DNA of 60,382 bases from a virus (IMGVR_UViG_3300037761_000410:1-60382), one strand, 5' to 3'. Shown: positions 7,912-17,174, counted from the stretch's first letter. Notes: a model not told the origin generated them from the letters alone. A program made the numbers and translations.

Positions 7912-8613
7912 ATGGCATCAGTGTTCCGTGAGTTCGACACCGTGGCATATCCGTTCCGGTTCGCCGGCACCCTGCACGTGGCCACCATGCTCGGTGGCAT
8001 CCCAAGCAACGACAAGGTGGCCGAAGGCTGGCTGCGAACGAAGATCCAGGCCGACGACGACATCATCCGCAAGATGGTGGCCGAGACGATGGTGGAGCGT
8101 GGCGTCGGCGACGACGAGGCCCTGAAGATCGTCAACGAGATGAAGAACCTCAACGGCTTCAAGCGCGACAAGACCGGCCTGTACTATGAGGGTCGCTGCC
8201 TGAAGGCGGCCCTCAAGGAGGCCGTCTCGATCGCGGTGGGCGCCGGCAAGCTGGAGCAGCGGGGGTGGGGCACCACGAAGAAGTTCATCACCTCGTACGT
8301 GCCCGAGCATGTGTTCGTCGAGGAGAACGAGCTGCATCTGTACCGCGACGGGGTGCGGCTGACCGAGGCGGACGAGGTCCGCCAGCAGTTCGTGCACTCC
8401 CGCTACGGCTCCTCGATCGCCTACACCGAGCTGGTGCGCGACGTCGACATCCACTTCACCGTGGTCACCGACCACGACTTCGCCAAGAAGGACTGGGCGA
8501 TGATCTGGTTGACGTCGGAGCGTAACGGGGTCAGCGCCGGGCGCTCCATGGGCTTCGGCCGTCACGAGGTGTCCAAGTGGGAGCGGATCAGTTCGCCAGC
8601 TCACCGGAAGTGA
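7912..8613 (+). CDS. Stand-alone RAMP / Cas7-like RNA-binding protein
   Basis: N-terminal strand then MLGG; YYEGRCLKAALKEA (RAMP ipGs.lKGa.R-like); C-terminal Gly-rich loop NGVSAGRSMGFGRHEV; AAAGGA RBS. Confidence 0.75.
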   Translation: MASVFREFDTVAYPFRFAGTLHVATMLGGIPSNDKVAEGWLRTKIQADDDIIRKMVAETMVERGVGDDEALKIVNEMKNLNGFKRDKTGLYYEGRCLKAALKEAVSIAVGAGKLEQRGWGTTKKFITSYVPEHVFVEENELHLYRDGVRLTEADEVRQQFVHSRYGSSIAYTELVRDVDIHFTVVTDHDFAKKDWAMIWLTSERNGVSAGRSMGFGRHEVSKWERISSPAHRK

Positions 8614-8647
8614 CCCCTGCTGTCCCTGTACTATCTATACGGAAACC

Positions 8648-8689
8648 TCTATGGGGGTAGGGCTGTCTACCCAGTCCTACTCCCATAGA
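8648..8689. terminator. 18-bp hairpin downstream of RAMP gene
   Basis: TCTATGGGGGTAGGGCTG/CAGTCCTACTCCCATAGA stem with two G-U pairs. Confidence 0.5.
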
Positions 8690-8725
8690 TAAGCGAACAT
8701 TGATCGATATGCTGGTGGAGGGCAC

Positions 8726-9004
8726 GTGGTGGCGCCGACGAGCGACTGGGAGAAAGCCCTCTGGGCCGAGCTGGAGGGGCTGACCCCCGAAGGGAAGATC
8801 GTGGCGACCGGAGAGTGGATCGCCCGGATCACCCGGACCGTCCTGCCCGAGCTGGGCAACGTCCGCCGCGGGGCGGTGCTCGACTGCCTGGCCCGGACCG
8901 GTTGGGACGCCACCCTGCTGGCCGAGACGATCGGCAGCCGGCGCACCACCATCACCCGGCTGGCCGAGGAGGGCCGGGCGCGGGAAAGGCGCCGGAGCCG
9001 GTGA
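8726..9004 (+). CDS. Helix-turn-helix DNA-binding protein
   Basis: GWDATLLAETIGSRRTTITRL HTH-like pattern. Confidence 0.6.
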   Translation: MVAPTSDWEKALWAELEGLTPEGKIVATGEWIARITRTVLPELGNVRRGAVLDCLARTGWDATLLAETIGSRRTTITRLAEEGRARERRRSR

Positions 9005-9309
9005 AGCAGACGCTGGTGCTCGACGAGGAGACCTACAGCGCCACCCACGCCTGCCTGGGCCGCGCCAGGCGGGGCGGCTGGGACGCGGCGGAGAGCCTGC
9101 ACCGGCTGGGCCTGCTGCTGTCCCCCGCGGTGCGCCAGCAGGTCCAGGTGGACGCGCTGGTGGCGCTGCGTCAGGACCTGGAGCGGTGGCAGCCGCACGA
9201 GATGCTCCGCCGGCTGCACAAGGTGGAGACCAGCTCACCGGCCGACATGTACACGGCGATAGTGAGCTATCTAGATGAATACATCATAGCGTTGAGGGAG
9301 CAGAGATGA
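9001..9309 (+). CDS. Hypothetical protein
   Basis: GTGA-coupled ORF, typical codon bias. Confidence 0.6.
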   Translation: MKQTLVLDEETYSATHACLGRARRGGWDAAESLHRLGLLLSPAVRQQVQVDALVALRQDLERWQPHEMLRRLHKVETSSPADMYTAIVSYLDEYIIALREQR

Positions 9310-9422
9310 GCTTCGTCTGCCGGTCCTGCAAGGACAACGAGCACAGGGACTGCCCGGGCGGCACCTGGTGCGACTGTCAACATCGGGAGCGCCGCGATGA
9401 GCGACCGGCTGACCTGCGATAA
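9306..9422 (+). CDS. 38-aa Cys-rich peptide (MSFVCRSCKDNEHRDCPGGTWCDCQH...)
   Basis: Translated by hand; ATG overlaps previous stop; below ORF-track cutoff. Confidence 0.5.
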   Translation: MSFVCRSCKDNEHRDCPGGTWCDCQHRERRDERPADLR

Positions 9423-9642
9423 CCAGCCCAGGTGCAAGGAGTCCCTGCCCTGGCAGGCCACTCAGGAGGCCACGTACGCGCGCGCCCGGGCCAGGGGCTG
9501 GCGCGTCTGGTCGGGCACGACGATGAGCGGGGACCAGGCCCAGATGAGGCTGTGCCCGCGGTGCGTGGGCAAGCACGCCCGGGGCGAGCGGGTGCCGCCG
9601 GGGAGGCCGATGCCAGGCCAGCAAGAGCTACCTATTGCATAG
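9397..9642 (+). CDS. Small Zn-ribbon protein
   Basis: CD...RC ... AR.RGW ... LCPRC. Confidence 0.6.
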   Translation: MSDRLTCDNQPRCKESLPWQATQEATYARARARGWRVWSGTTMSGDQAQMRLCPRCVGKHARGERVPPGRPMPGQQELPIA

Positions 9643-9670
9643 GTAGGGAGGGGTGGGTATGCTATCCGGT

Positions 9671-10045
9671 ATGAGCACTACTGAAGACCACTTTCGTCGT
9701 AACGGATGGTGTCAGGCCTGTGGCGGCACCGGGGATCCAACGATAAAGCATACCGATCTTGATTCTGACCCTCGTGACTTGAGCCCGCGTATCGTTCCCT
9801 TTCCACCGGCCCCCGTCTTCCACGGGGACCTTACCCAGGCCGAGCAGACCGTCGTCTCGGCGGTGCTCGCCCCCATCGCCCGGCGCATGGCCCTGGTCAT
9901 GGCCAGGCAGGCGCACGTCGCGGCCTGCGACGAGATCCTGCGCCGGCTCGACTCCGAAGTGGAGACAGTCTTCGGGGCCGGCAACCTGGCCCGGATCACC
10001 CAGGTCGTCAAGGCGGTCCGGGCCGTCTCCCCACAGATTGGATGA
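9671..10045 (+). CDS. Hypothetical protein (CxxCxGxG)
   Basis: Leaderless start after TATGCT. Confidence 0.6.
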   Translation: MSTTEDHFRRNGWCQACGGTGDPTIKHTDLDSDPRDLSPRIVPFPPAPVFHGDLTQAEQTVVSAVLAPIARRMALVMARQAHVAACDEILRRLDSEVETVFGAGNLARITQVVKAVRAVSPQIG

Positions 10046-10050
10046 TGTAG

Positions 10051-10158
10051 ATGATGACTTTCATTGCCGGGTTCTCGCTCGGCTTCATCTGTTGCGCGGT
10101 ACTCGTCGCCGGGGCGGCGTTCATCTTCGCGGCCAAGAGCAGTCAGGGGAAGCAATGA
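10051..10158 (+). CDS. Small membrane peptide
   Basis: MMTFIAGFSLGFICCAVLVAGAAFIF..., ATGA-coupled to next gene. Confidence 0.45.
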   Translation: MMTFIAGFSLGFICCAVLVAGAAFIFAAKSSQGKQ

Positions 10159-10397
10159 AGATCGAGATCACGTTCAAGTCTGGCGCGCAGGTCGTCGCCG
10201 ACGTGGAAAGCTTTGAGACTTCCATGAATTTCGCGGGCGGTTTTAACAAGCTTTCTTGGATAACTCCCGCTGGCTGGACTCGAAAGCTGGTCCGTGTCGA
10301 CATGGACGAGGTAGCGGCGATTGTCGCCATCTTCGAGGCGGGCATCACTCCCGTCGACGAATCGAGAGAGGTAGATTCCTCTGATGACCACTCCTGA
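10155..10397 (+). CDS. Small beta-rich hypothetical protein
   Basis: MKIEITFKSG...; GGGGA RBS. Confidence 0.6.
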   Translation: MKIEITFKSGAQVVADVESFETSMNFAGGFNKLSWITPAGWTRKLVRVDMDEVAAIVAIFEAGITPVDESREVDSSDDHS

Positions 10398-10752
10398 TCC
10401 ACATGCCGACGAGCCCACGGCCGAGCTGGACGAGAACCTCTGGGCCGCCTTCGTGGCCGCTCGCGACGAGGCCGCCGGATGGACGCGGAAGGCCGACGAG
10501 CTGAAGAACGCCCTCATCCTGAGCCTCGGCGACGCCCATGCCGGCCTGGTGGCCGGCCGCAAGGTGGTCTCGTTCCGGCCTCGGCGGCAGTGGGCCGAGG
10601 CGCAGCTGGTCCGCCAGTACCCGGACCTGGCTCAGCACTACATGCGTCCGAAGGTCACCGAAGTGTTCGACCTGCCGGCGTTCATGCTGGTCCATCCCGA
10701 CATCGCGGAGCAGTTCCGCGTCCGCGCGTTCAAGCTGGAGGTCGAAAAATGA
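10384..10752 (+). CDS. Hypothetical phage protein
   Basis: 122-aa ORF in operon. Confidence 0.65.
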   Translation: MTTPDPHADEPTAELDENLWAAFVAARDEAAGWTRKADELKNALILSLGDAHAGLVAGRKVVSFRPRRQWAEAQLVRQYPDLAQHYMRPKVTEVFDLPAFMLVHPDIAEQFRVRAFKLEVEK

Positions 10753-10834
10753 ATTGGGCTGAGGTATTCTTCGGATCGATAGCGGCGGTCTGCGCGGCTG
10801 CCATCATCATTACCATGATCAGAAACATTCCCCA

Positions 10835-11173
10835 ATGAGCAGGGCGAAGGCGAAAGGCACCGCGGCCGAGACGATGCTGGTCCGGTACCTCCAGGCCAAC
10901 GGGTTCCCGTTGGTGGAGCGCCGGGCGCTGGCCGGGATCCTCGACAAGGGCGACGTCATGGGCGTCCCCGGGTGTGTGGTCGAGGTCAAGTCCGGCGCCC
11001 GGTTGTGCCTGCCGGAGTGGCTGCGTGAGACCGAGCAGGAACGGGTCAACGCAGCCGCCCGGCGGGGCGTCCTGGTAGTGAAGCTGCGGGGCATGGGGGA
11101 GGCGAAGGTGGGTGACTGGCCGGCGATCCTGCCGGTCAGCCAGCTGGTCGAGATGATCCGAGGAGAGTTGTGA
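10835..11173 (+). CDS. Holliday junction resolvase (Hjc-like PD-(D/E)XK)
   Basis: SRAKAKGTAAE...YL...G...ERR...G..D.GD...VEVK. Confidence 0.85.
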   Translation: MSRAKAKGTAAETMLVRYLQANGFPLVERRALAGILDKGDVMGVPGCVVEVKSGARLCLPEWLRETEQERVNAAARRGVLVVKLRGMGEAKVGDWPAILPVSQLVEMIRGEL

Positions 11174-11439
11174 TGCACGTACAGAAGAGGCCGAAGGATC
11201 CGACCCTGAAAGACATGCCCGGCATGGCCGGGATTCCCTGGTGCGGCACCTGCCGGGTGTGCTGCAAGCGGTCTTTCATCAACCGCAAGGACGCCAAGCG
11301 GGCGGGCAACAACCACCATCCCCGTAAAGGGGTTTACCGGTGCCCGGCCAACGACCAGCTGTGGCATGTGGGCGCGCTGCCGGACAGGGTCAAGCAGGGC
11401 ACTATCGGCCGCGACGCCATCTACCGGGTGTCGGCATGA
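11170..11439 (+). CDS. Hypothetical protein (CxKR.F...YRCP...WHV)
   Basis: Coupled ORF with Cys/His motif. Confidence 0.6.
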   Translation: MMHVQKRPKDPTLKDMPGMAGIPWCGTCRVCCKRSFINRKDAKRAGNNHHPRKGVYRCPANDQLWHVGALPDRVKQGTIGRDAIYRVSA

Positions 11440-11816
11440 CCCCGTCCGAGTCGCACGCAGCGGTGCACGCCACCGTCGCTGCGCAGCTCGAAAGCACGCG
11501 CGACCTGCTGTATTGGGCGCAGTACACCACGCTCGAACTCAAGGACCCGAAGTTGCTCGGCAAGCGCAACCCCGGCTGGCACGACTGGCCGAAGGTGGAG
11601 CGCCTCGCCGAGTATGCGATCCGCGCCTGCGAGGCGGACCTCGAACGGGTCGTCGAGCATGCGCCCGAACCGTACGGCGAAACCAGCGAGTACGGTCCCG
11701 CACCCATCGCCTGCTCCTACTGCCAGGACAACTACGACCAGTACCCGACGTACCCGTGCCGCGAGGTGCTGCGCATCGCCCGTGCCTACAGCGTGGAGGT
11801 GTCCAATGCGACCTGA
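11436..11816 (+). CDS. Hypothetical protein (CxxC...YPC..L...A..Y)
   Basis: ATGA-coupled; motif common in actinophages. Confidence 0.65.
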   Translation: MTPSESHAAVHATVAAQLESTRDLLYWAQYTTLELKDPKLLGKRNPGWHDWPKVERLAEYAIRACEADLERVVEHAPEPYGETSEYGPAPIACSYCQDNYDQYPTYPCREVLRIARAYSVEVSNAT

Positions 11817-12072
11817 AGACGTACCCGCCGCGATGGCCGAAGCCGCCGCGCGGCGGATTTGCGAACGTGGCGCGCCCGAGTTCTGGCCCGGCTGGAACAG
11901 CATCGACGACGAGGCGAAGGACCACTTTCGTGGCTTCGCCCGCGACTACCTTGCCGCTGCACTGTCGGTGTGCACGGCGTCGAAGGTGTGGACCGATCCG
12001 CGACCCGGCCACGGCGACTACCGCTGGATGTTTTGGAGCCCCGTGATCCCAAGGAGGCCAGAGTCGCCATGA
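11806..12072 (+). CDS. Hypothetical protein
   Basis: GGAGG RBS. Confidence 0.55.
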   Translation: MRPEDVPAAMAEAAARRICERGAPEFWPGWNSIDDEAKDHFRGFARDYLAAALSVCTASKVWTDPRPGHGDYRWMFWSPVIPRRPESP

Positions 12073-12254
12073 GATGCCGAAACTGTGGGGGGCTGCACCT
12101 GACCCAGAACTGCGTCGAGTTCGGGCCGTGGTACCCGGAAGAGGGAAAGACGGCCGCCGACTATGCCGACCTGGTAGAGAAGATCAACAACATGGTGGCG
12201 GCTGACGTCATCGCTGAGCACGAAGCTAACCACGAAGTAAGGAAATCTGAGTGA
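12069..12254 (+). CDS. Hypothetical protein
   Basis: AAGGAGG RBS; CRNC. Confidence 0.55.
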   Translation: MRCRNCGGLHLTQNCVEFGPWYPEEGKTAADYADLVEKINNMVAADVIAEHEANHEVRKSE

Positions 12255-12790
12255 AGAAAGCACTGATTACTGTCGCTGTTGTTATCGGCATGGCACTTGT
12301 CACCGGCTGTGGCCCCGAGGTCTCGCCACCCGCCCAGCGGGCGGTCCAGCAACCCCAATGCCCCCTGCCCAGCGCCTCCGCTGCCACGGCCCCGCTATCG
12401 ATAGGCGCCGCCCGGTCGAGCAGGCTGGTCCAGGGCGCGGTGAAGCAGGGCATATTCCTCATCCGTACCGCGAATGTGGTCTGCCGGCAGGACATCTATC
12501 GCAACATCGTTGTCAACTTCGATGCCCTGGACGCCCCGCCGGACACGGTCAAATCGGAACAGATCCCATGGACCCGGACCGTGCTCACCCCCTTCCGCCA
12601 GCAGGTCCACAACCTGACCGACAAGCCGATCACGTGGGTCCTGACCGCGTCCCTGGTCACCGACACGTACGGTGACATGATCGGCTGCCTGACCAAGTCG
12701 GTCGATGGAGCGATCAAGGTGGAGGAGACCTCGGTGATGGACGGCCCGCTGGGCGGGGTCATCAGCGTCACCTGCCGGCTCACCGTCTAG
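12251..12790 (+). CDS. Lipoprotein
   Basis: MKK + hydrophobic helix + LVTGC lipobox. Confidence 0.7.
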   Translation: MKKALITVAVVIGMALVTGCGPEVSPPAQRAVQQPQCPLPSASAATAPLSIGAARSSRLVQGAVKQGIFLIRTANVVCRQDIYRNIVVNFDALDAPPDTVKSEQIPWTRTVLTPFRQQVHNLTDKPITWVLTASLVTDTYGDMIGCLTKSVDGAIKVEETSVMDGPLGGVISVTCRLTV

Positions 12791-13131
12791 CCAGGCTCAC
12801 CCACAGAGGCCGCAGGCACCCGCTTGTGGCCTCTGTTGTCGTGCGGCTCCAGCGGCTCCCACAGCGGCACCGGCAGGTCCTGGCTGCGCAGGTGGATGGC
12901 CCGCCAGCACTTCATCGCGATGAAGATGGCCCGCCGGTGGCACCACCACTGGTCCCGGGCCGACACCGTCACCGACAGCACCAGCCGGTCGAACGGAAAA
13001 CCCTCCACCTCGGGCTCGTTGTACCACCACCGGCGTTCGCACCAGCGTTCCAGCACCTCGCGCGTCTTCTCGTGCGCGTTCGCCGGGTACTTCCCGGCGT
13101 ACGTGAAGCAGTAACGCCGGTGAGTGGTCAC
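12787..13131 (-). CDS. Hypothetical protein
   Basis: GTG start coupled to upstream gene. Confidence 0.55.
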   Translation of the reverse strand: MTTHRRYCFTYAGKYPANAHEKTREVLERWCERRWWYNEPEVEGFPFDRLVLSVTVSARDQWWCHRRAIFIAMKCWRAIHLRSQDLPVPLWEPLEPHDNRGHKRVPAASVGEPG

Positions 13132-13439
13132 GTCGACCTCTTCCGCTCCTCGACACGTCGAAGGTAGTGCATACGTATCTGGGCGAAGGGGAAGACCACG
13201 GTGGCCAGGACCCCCATGGCGTCGCGGATCAGCCACGACGGCCAGTCGAGCAGCACCGACAGGAGCAGGATCACCACCAGGGCCAGGATCCCCACCGCGG
13301 ACACGATGACCAGCGGGTTGGCCGGCGGACGTCTCCCGTCGGCGTCCGGCCGGCGCGCCAGGCCCCAGAGGTGGTCCGCCACGAAGCTGGTCGCGGCGAG
13401 CGTGCCGGTGACCGCGGTGACCAGCTCGTCAGGACGCAT
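13128..13439 (-). CDS. Membrane protein of lysis cassette (holin-like)
   Basis: 2-3 TM helices downstream of endolysin. Confidence 0.6.
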   Translation of the reverse strand: MRPDELVTAVTGTLAATSFVADHLWGLARRPDADGRRPPANPLVIVSAVGILALVVILLLSVLLDWPSWLIRDAMGVLATVVFPFAQIRMHYLRRVEERKRST

Positions 13440-13623
13440 CTGGCCGGCGTCCGATCAAGCCACGGTCCACGTCGTCGCCCAGCACGTCCCGGACCATGCG
13501 CCAGTCGTCTACAGTGGCGGCAAGCTTCGCCTCCGCCGACTCCAGCGCCGCCTTCGTGGCCGCCCTGGAGTCGGCCCTGGCCATCCAGCGCCACAGCCGA
13601 CAGACCGCGTCGGCAACCCTCAT
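13429..13623 (-). CDS. Small lysis-cassette protein
   Basis: ATGA-coupled ORF. Confidence 0.5.
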   Translation of the reverse strand: MRVADAVCRLWRWMARADSRAATKAALESAEAKLAATVDDWRMVRDVLGDDVDRGLIGRRPDAS

Positions 13624-13829
13624 CTCGGCCCGGAGCGCCGCGAGGCCGAGACCCGTTGCGAGACCAGCTCCATGACCATACGGGCGTACTCGTCGGCCCG
13701 CCGCTCCGACGCCTTCCACGCGGACATGGCCTCGCGGACCTGCAGGTGCAGCGAACGCAGGGCCAGCGTCCCCCAGGTGGCGGCGATGCCCACCGCCCCC
13801 CAGGTACCGATCTGATCTGGAGTTGGCAC
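13620..13829 (-). CDS. Membrane/coiled-coil protein (holin-like)
   Basis: N-terminal TM helix directly after endolysin. Confidence 0.55.
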   Translation of the reverse strand: MPTPDQIGTWGAVGIAATWGTLALRSLHLQVREAMSAWKASERRADEYARMVMELVSQRVSASRRSGPR

Positions 13830-14717
13830 TCACGGACCCGAGCCCGGGTCGCTCGGTGGCCGCACCGCCAAGGTGGTGCGGTTGAGCAGCGCCTCCACCT
13901 GCGCCGCGCCGGCCCCGCCGAAGCCCAGGATCGCGTCCAGGGTCTCCTGGACGCGCTTGAGGGTGGCCTCGATGCGGACCAGGCGGGCCTCGTTGTCGTG
14001 GCCGTAGCGCCAGGACTCGCCCAGCGCCCAGCGCGGGGTGACCGTCTTCTTGGTGAGGTAGTTGGAGGAGAAGGGCTGGTTGAGGACGGCCCCCGGCGCG
14101 GCGGGGTCGCCCGGGTCGTAGCTCCAAACGTCGGCCGCGGTCATTGCGATGCCTCCTAGTTCGTAGATGAGCACTGCCGACGGGACGGTGTCGCCGGCCC
14201 AGTATCTGACGTGCCACGGCTCGGATTCGAGTTCATGGCTGAAGCCGTAGGCGAACTCGTTGGCAATCAGCCAGGCCAGGGTTGCCGCGTCCATGCTCTC
14301 GGTGCCGGTGTCGGCGTCGCGCTCTTCACCGACGTCGACCGCGAGGCCCCAGCCATGGTTGGACGTGCCGGGCACGGCGGCTGGTGCGGTCCCGGCCCGC
14401 TGGTACCAGCGCGCCCCGTTCCAGATCCGGTACGGCCTACCTTCCAGAAAGGTGGTGGTATACCGCTGGCGGAACACTGATTCCTGCACCGGGTAAGGCC
14501 GGTACGAGTCGACAAGGCTGGTGGCTTTCAGGACGTGTCCGGCCTTGAGTGCGGCGGCAGCCATCGCCCGCCAAGCCCGCGCCGCTGGCGCCACGAGCCG
14601 GACCAGTGGCCCGCCGGCCTGTCCGGAGGTGTCCCACAGCACCGACGCGGGAAGGGCGCCGTTGGTCAGTCCGGCAAGCAGGGCCGGGCGGACCACGATA
14701 TGAATCGGTAGCGCCAT
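13830..14717 (-). CDS. Endolysin, M15 (VanY-like) Zn peptidase
   Basis: SYR...Q, PGTSNHGWGLAVD, EPWH motifs. Confidence 0.85.
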   Translation of the reverse strand: MALPIHIVVRPALLAGLTNGALPASVLWDTSGQAGGPLVRLVAPAARAWRAMAAAALKAGHVLKATSLVDSYRPYPVQESVFRQRYTTTFLEGRPYRIWNGARWYQRAGTAPAAVPGTSNHGWGLAVDVGEERDADTGTESMDAATLAWLIANEFAYGFSHELESEPWHVRYWAGDTVPSAVLIYELGGIAMTAADVWSYDPGDPAAPGAVLNQPFSSNYLTKKTVTPRWALGESWRYGHDNEARLVRIEATLKRVQETLDAILGFGGAGAAQVEALLNRTTLAVRPPSDPGSGP

Positions 14718-14721
14718 CAGC

Positions 14722-15378
14722 TCACTCCATGTCAGGCATTTTCAATGCGTTTGCCAGGGGGCCGTCCCCTTTGAAGGGTAGTCCACTGGTGTTCTGGCCG
14801 TGGTGTCCCCACAGCCAGGTCTTGTCGACCAGGTGGGAGATCTTCGCGCCGGCCGCGAGGCAGCCGAGGGTGAACACCCGGTCCTCGCCCGAGTTGTGGC
14901 CGGGGTTGGTGCCGCCGGGCTCGACGGCGGCCCGGAACCCGACCTGTCTGGCCAGCTCGGTGCGTACCAGCACGGTGATGGTGGTCTCGATCGGGTTAGC
15001 CGGATCGAACTCGTCGAGATAGTGCCCGGGCGGGAAGACCGGATCCTTCTCCATGATCGCGTTCTCTCTGGTGAGCACTTTGAACCAGCTGTAGACGAAG
15101 TCGGCCTGCGTCTCCAGGGCGTGGTTGAGCAGCTTGGCCAGGTGCTGGGGCAGGAACAGGTCGTCGCTGTCCAGGAAGGCTACCCAGTCGGTCGTGGCGG
15201 CCTCCAGGGCGCGTTGGCGGGTCGGTGCCGCCCCGTCGCCGGCGGTGTCCACGGCGACGTGCACAGCCTGCGGGAGGAGGGTCTGGCCCCAGACGCTGCG
15301 CAGCGCCCGGTCCAGCATGCCGTTGCGGCACCTGGCCGGATGGGTCGGCGTGACGATACTGATGGAGGGAGGCGTCAT
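14722..15378 (-). CDS. Glycosyltransferase family 2
   Basis: ISIVTPT, ALRSV..QT, WVAFLDSDD. Confidence 0.9.
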   Translation of the reverse strand: MTPPSISIVTPTHPARCRNGMLDRALRSVWGQTLLPQAVHVAVDTAGDGAAPTRQRALEAATTDWVAFLDSDDLFLPQHLAKLLNHALETQADFVYSWFKVLTRENAIMEKDPVFPPGHYLDEFDPANPIETTITVLVRTELARQVGFRAAVEPGGTNPGHNSGEDRVFTLGCLAAGAKISHLVDKTWLWGHHGQNTSGLPFKGDGPLANALKMPDME

Positions 15379-15405
15379 GGTAGAAAGTGTACTAGAATTT
15401 GGGTC

Positions 15406-15669
15406 ATGAGCACCTATGTGGATGATCTCTTTGCCCGGGCTCGTGCCGAGATGCCCGATTGCGATGACGATCTACTTCGGTCCTATGCGCTGTTAGCCAG
15501 GACGCGCGGCCAGACGACCACGCTGGCCGACGTGCACGACGCCTGGGCGCTATGGCGCCACAAGAGCCGACCAGACCATCCGTCGATCATTCCCTTTTAT
15601 GAACTGGCGCCCTCGGTTCAGGAACTGGGTCGTCCGTACATGGAAGCGATCTGGAGAATCTCCAAGTGA
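15406..15669 (+). CDS. Small protein with RyR-domain-like motif
   Basis: VHDAW..W.....HPSIIPFYEL; leaderless after TAGAAT. Confidence 0.6.
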   Translation: MSTYVDDLFARARAEMPDCDDDLLRSYALLARTRGQTTTLADVHDAWALWRHKSRPDHPSIIPFYELAPSVQELGRPYMEAIWRISK

Positions 15670-16211
15670 GCAACCTCGGGAAGTGGGCGCCCTGGTACGA
15701 CCAGCTGGCCCCCGACGCCGTGCCGGAGCCCTACGGCGCCACCCCTACGTACGAGATGGGGGCCAGGTGGCTGGAACTCTGTGACGTGGTCGAGGACTGG
15801 GGCTGTGGTAAAGGCTGGATGCGAACCCTGGTCGCGCCGGAACGGTATCTCGGGATTGACGGCACCGCCTCCCCGTTCGCGGACGTGGTCGAGGACCTGA
15901 CCCGGTACGTCAGCTCGGCGTCGGGGATCTTCATGCGGGGAGTGCTGGAGCACGACTACCGCTGGGAGAGGATCCTTGACGGCGCAATAAAATCGTTCAG
16001 GACCAGGATGGCCCTGGTCCTGTTCACCCCGATGCGCGACAGCGGAACCCTGGAGATCGGGTTCACTCAAGAGCTGGGGGTGCCAGACCTGTCCCTCGGC
16101 CATGACCTGCTGATGACCCATTTCGAACAGCTGCCCTTCGTCGCCTGGCGGGACGTCAAATCCCCCGGCACCGCATATGGAGTCGAGCGTATCTATTTCC
16201 TGGAGAAGTGA
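15666..16211 (+). CDS. Class I SAM-dependent methyltransferase
   Basis: VEDWGCGKG, YLGID, GVLEH. Confidence 0.8.
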   Translation: MSNLGKWAPWYDQLAPDAVPEPYGATPTYEMGARWLELCDVVEDWGCGKGWMRTLVAPERYLGIDGTASPFADVVEDLTRYVSSASGIFMRGVLEHDYRWERILDGAIKSFRTRMALVLFTPMRDSGTLEIGFTQELGVPDLSLGHDLLMTHFEQLPFVAWRDVKSPGTAYGVERIYFLEK

Positions 16212-16429
16212 TGAGTGAGATCGCCTACCTGCTCTGGTCCAACAAGCATTCGATGTGGTGGCGGCCCGACTCTCGGGGCTACACGGAAAACATGGAGGAG
16301 GCTGGCCGCTACGCGCGGGACGAGGCAGTGAACCTGGTCGCCCGGTCGGCCGACTGCGGGATCCTCGCCCATGTCACCTGCATGGTCGCCGCCCCCGACA
16401 ACTGGACCACCATCCCGGAGAATCACTGA
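16208..16429 (+). CDS. Hypothetical protein (WWRP..RGYT...AGRY)
   Basis: Coupled ORF. Confidence 0.65.
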   Translation: MMSEIAYLLWSNKHSMWWRPDSRGYTENMEEAGRYARDEAVNLVARSADCGILAHVTCMVAAPDNWTTIPENH

Positions 16430-16650
16430 TGGAACGGATCACCGATAGCGACACTCAGAATATATTAACAATGACTGCCGGTGCACGTACATTGCTAGCT
16501 CAGGGAAAGCGGAATCGTGAAGAAACCGTGGCCCTTGTCGCTAGCCTGATACTCAAAAGCTTTAATATTGCATCACCGATAGCAATACCGGGATTCGCGG
16601 AACTACTTGCCGAGGCGCTGATCCAACTGGCAGAGAAGGGCCTGGACTGA
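16429..16650 (+). CDS. Low-GC hypothetical protein flanked by 20-bp direct repeat
   Basis: AT-richer codons; ACTGATGGAACGGATCACCG at 16425 and 16646. Confidence 0.55.
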   Translation: MERITDSDTQNILTMTAGARTLLAQGKRNREETVALVASLILKSFNIASPIAIPGFAELLAEALIQLAEKGLD

Positions 16651-17174
16651 TGGAACGGATCACCGCGACTGACCCGGTCGGCCCGGCGCGCTACGGCCAC
16701 GAGTTCCGCTACCACCTGGCGGCCGGATTTATCGCCCCCACGGACTCGGTCCTGGACGCGGCCTGTGGTACCGGGTACGGGTTCAAGATCCTGAAACGGC
16801 ACGGGATGGGGAACGCCTACGTCGGGGTGGACCGGATCGACCTGGCCGAGACCGAGTTGGCCGACCTCTTCTATGTCAAGGCCGACCTGAAGACCTGGTT
16901 CCCGGCTTGGGGGTCTGACGTGTTCCTGGGGTTCGAGACGATCGAGCACCTGTCGGACTACAGCAACTACATTGACGTTGCCCACCAGGTCAATAAATGG
17001 ATCATTCTGTCGACCCCGGTGGTGCCGACCGTGCACGTCAACCCGTCCCACGTGCACGACTTCATCCCCGGGCAGCTGCGGGAGATGTTCCAGAACGAGG
17101 ACTGGGAGCATTATCAGACTGTTCAGCAGCCCAGCGAGCTGAGCGAGATCGTGATTCTGAGGAGACGCACGTGA
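16650..17174 (+). CDS. Class I SAM-dependent methyltransferase
   Basis: H.FRY, VLDAACGTGYG, FETIEHL, STP. Confidence 0.85.
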   Translation: MERITATDPVGPARYGHEFRYHLAAGFIAPTDSVLDAACGTGYGFKILKRHGMGNAYVGVDRIDLAETELADLFYVKADLKTWFPAWGSDVFLGFETIEHLSDYSNYIDVAHQVNKWIILSTPVVPTVHVNPSHVHDFIPGQLREMFQNEDWEHYQTVQQPSELSEIVILRRRT

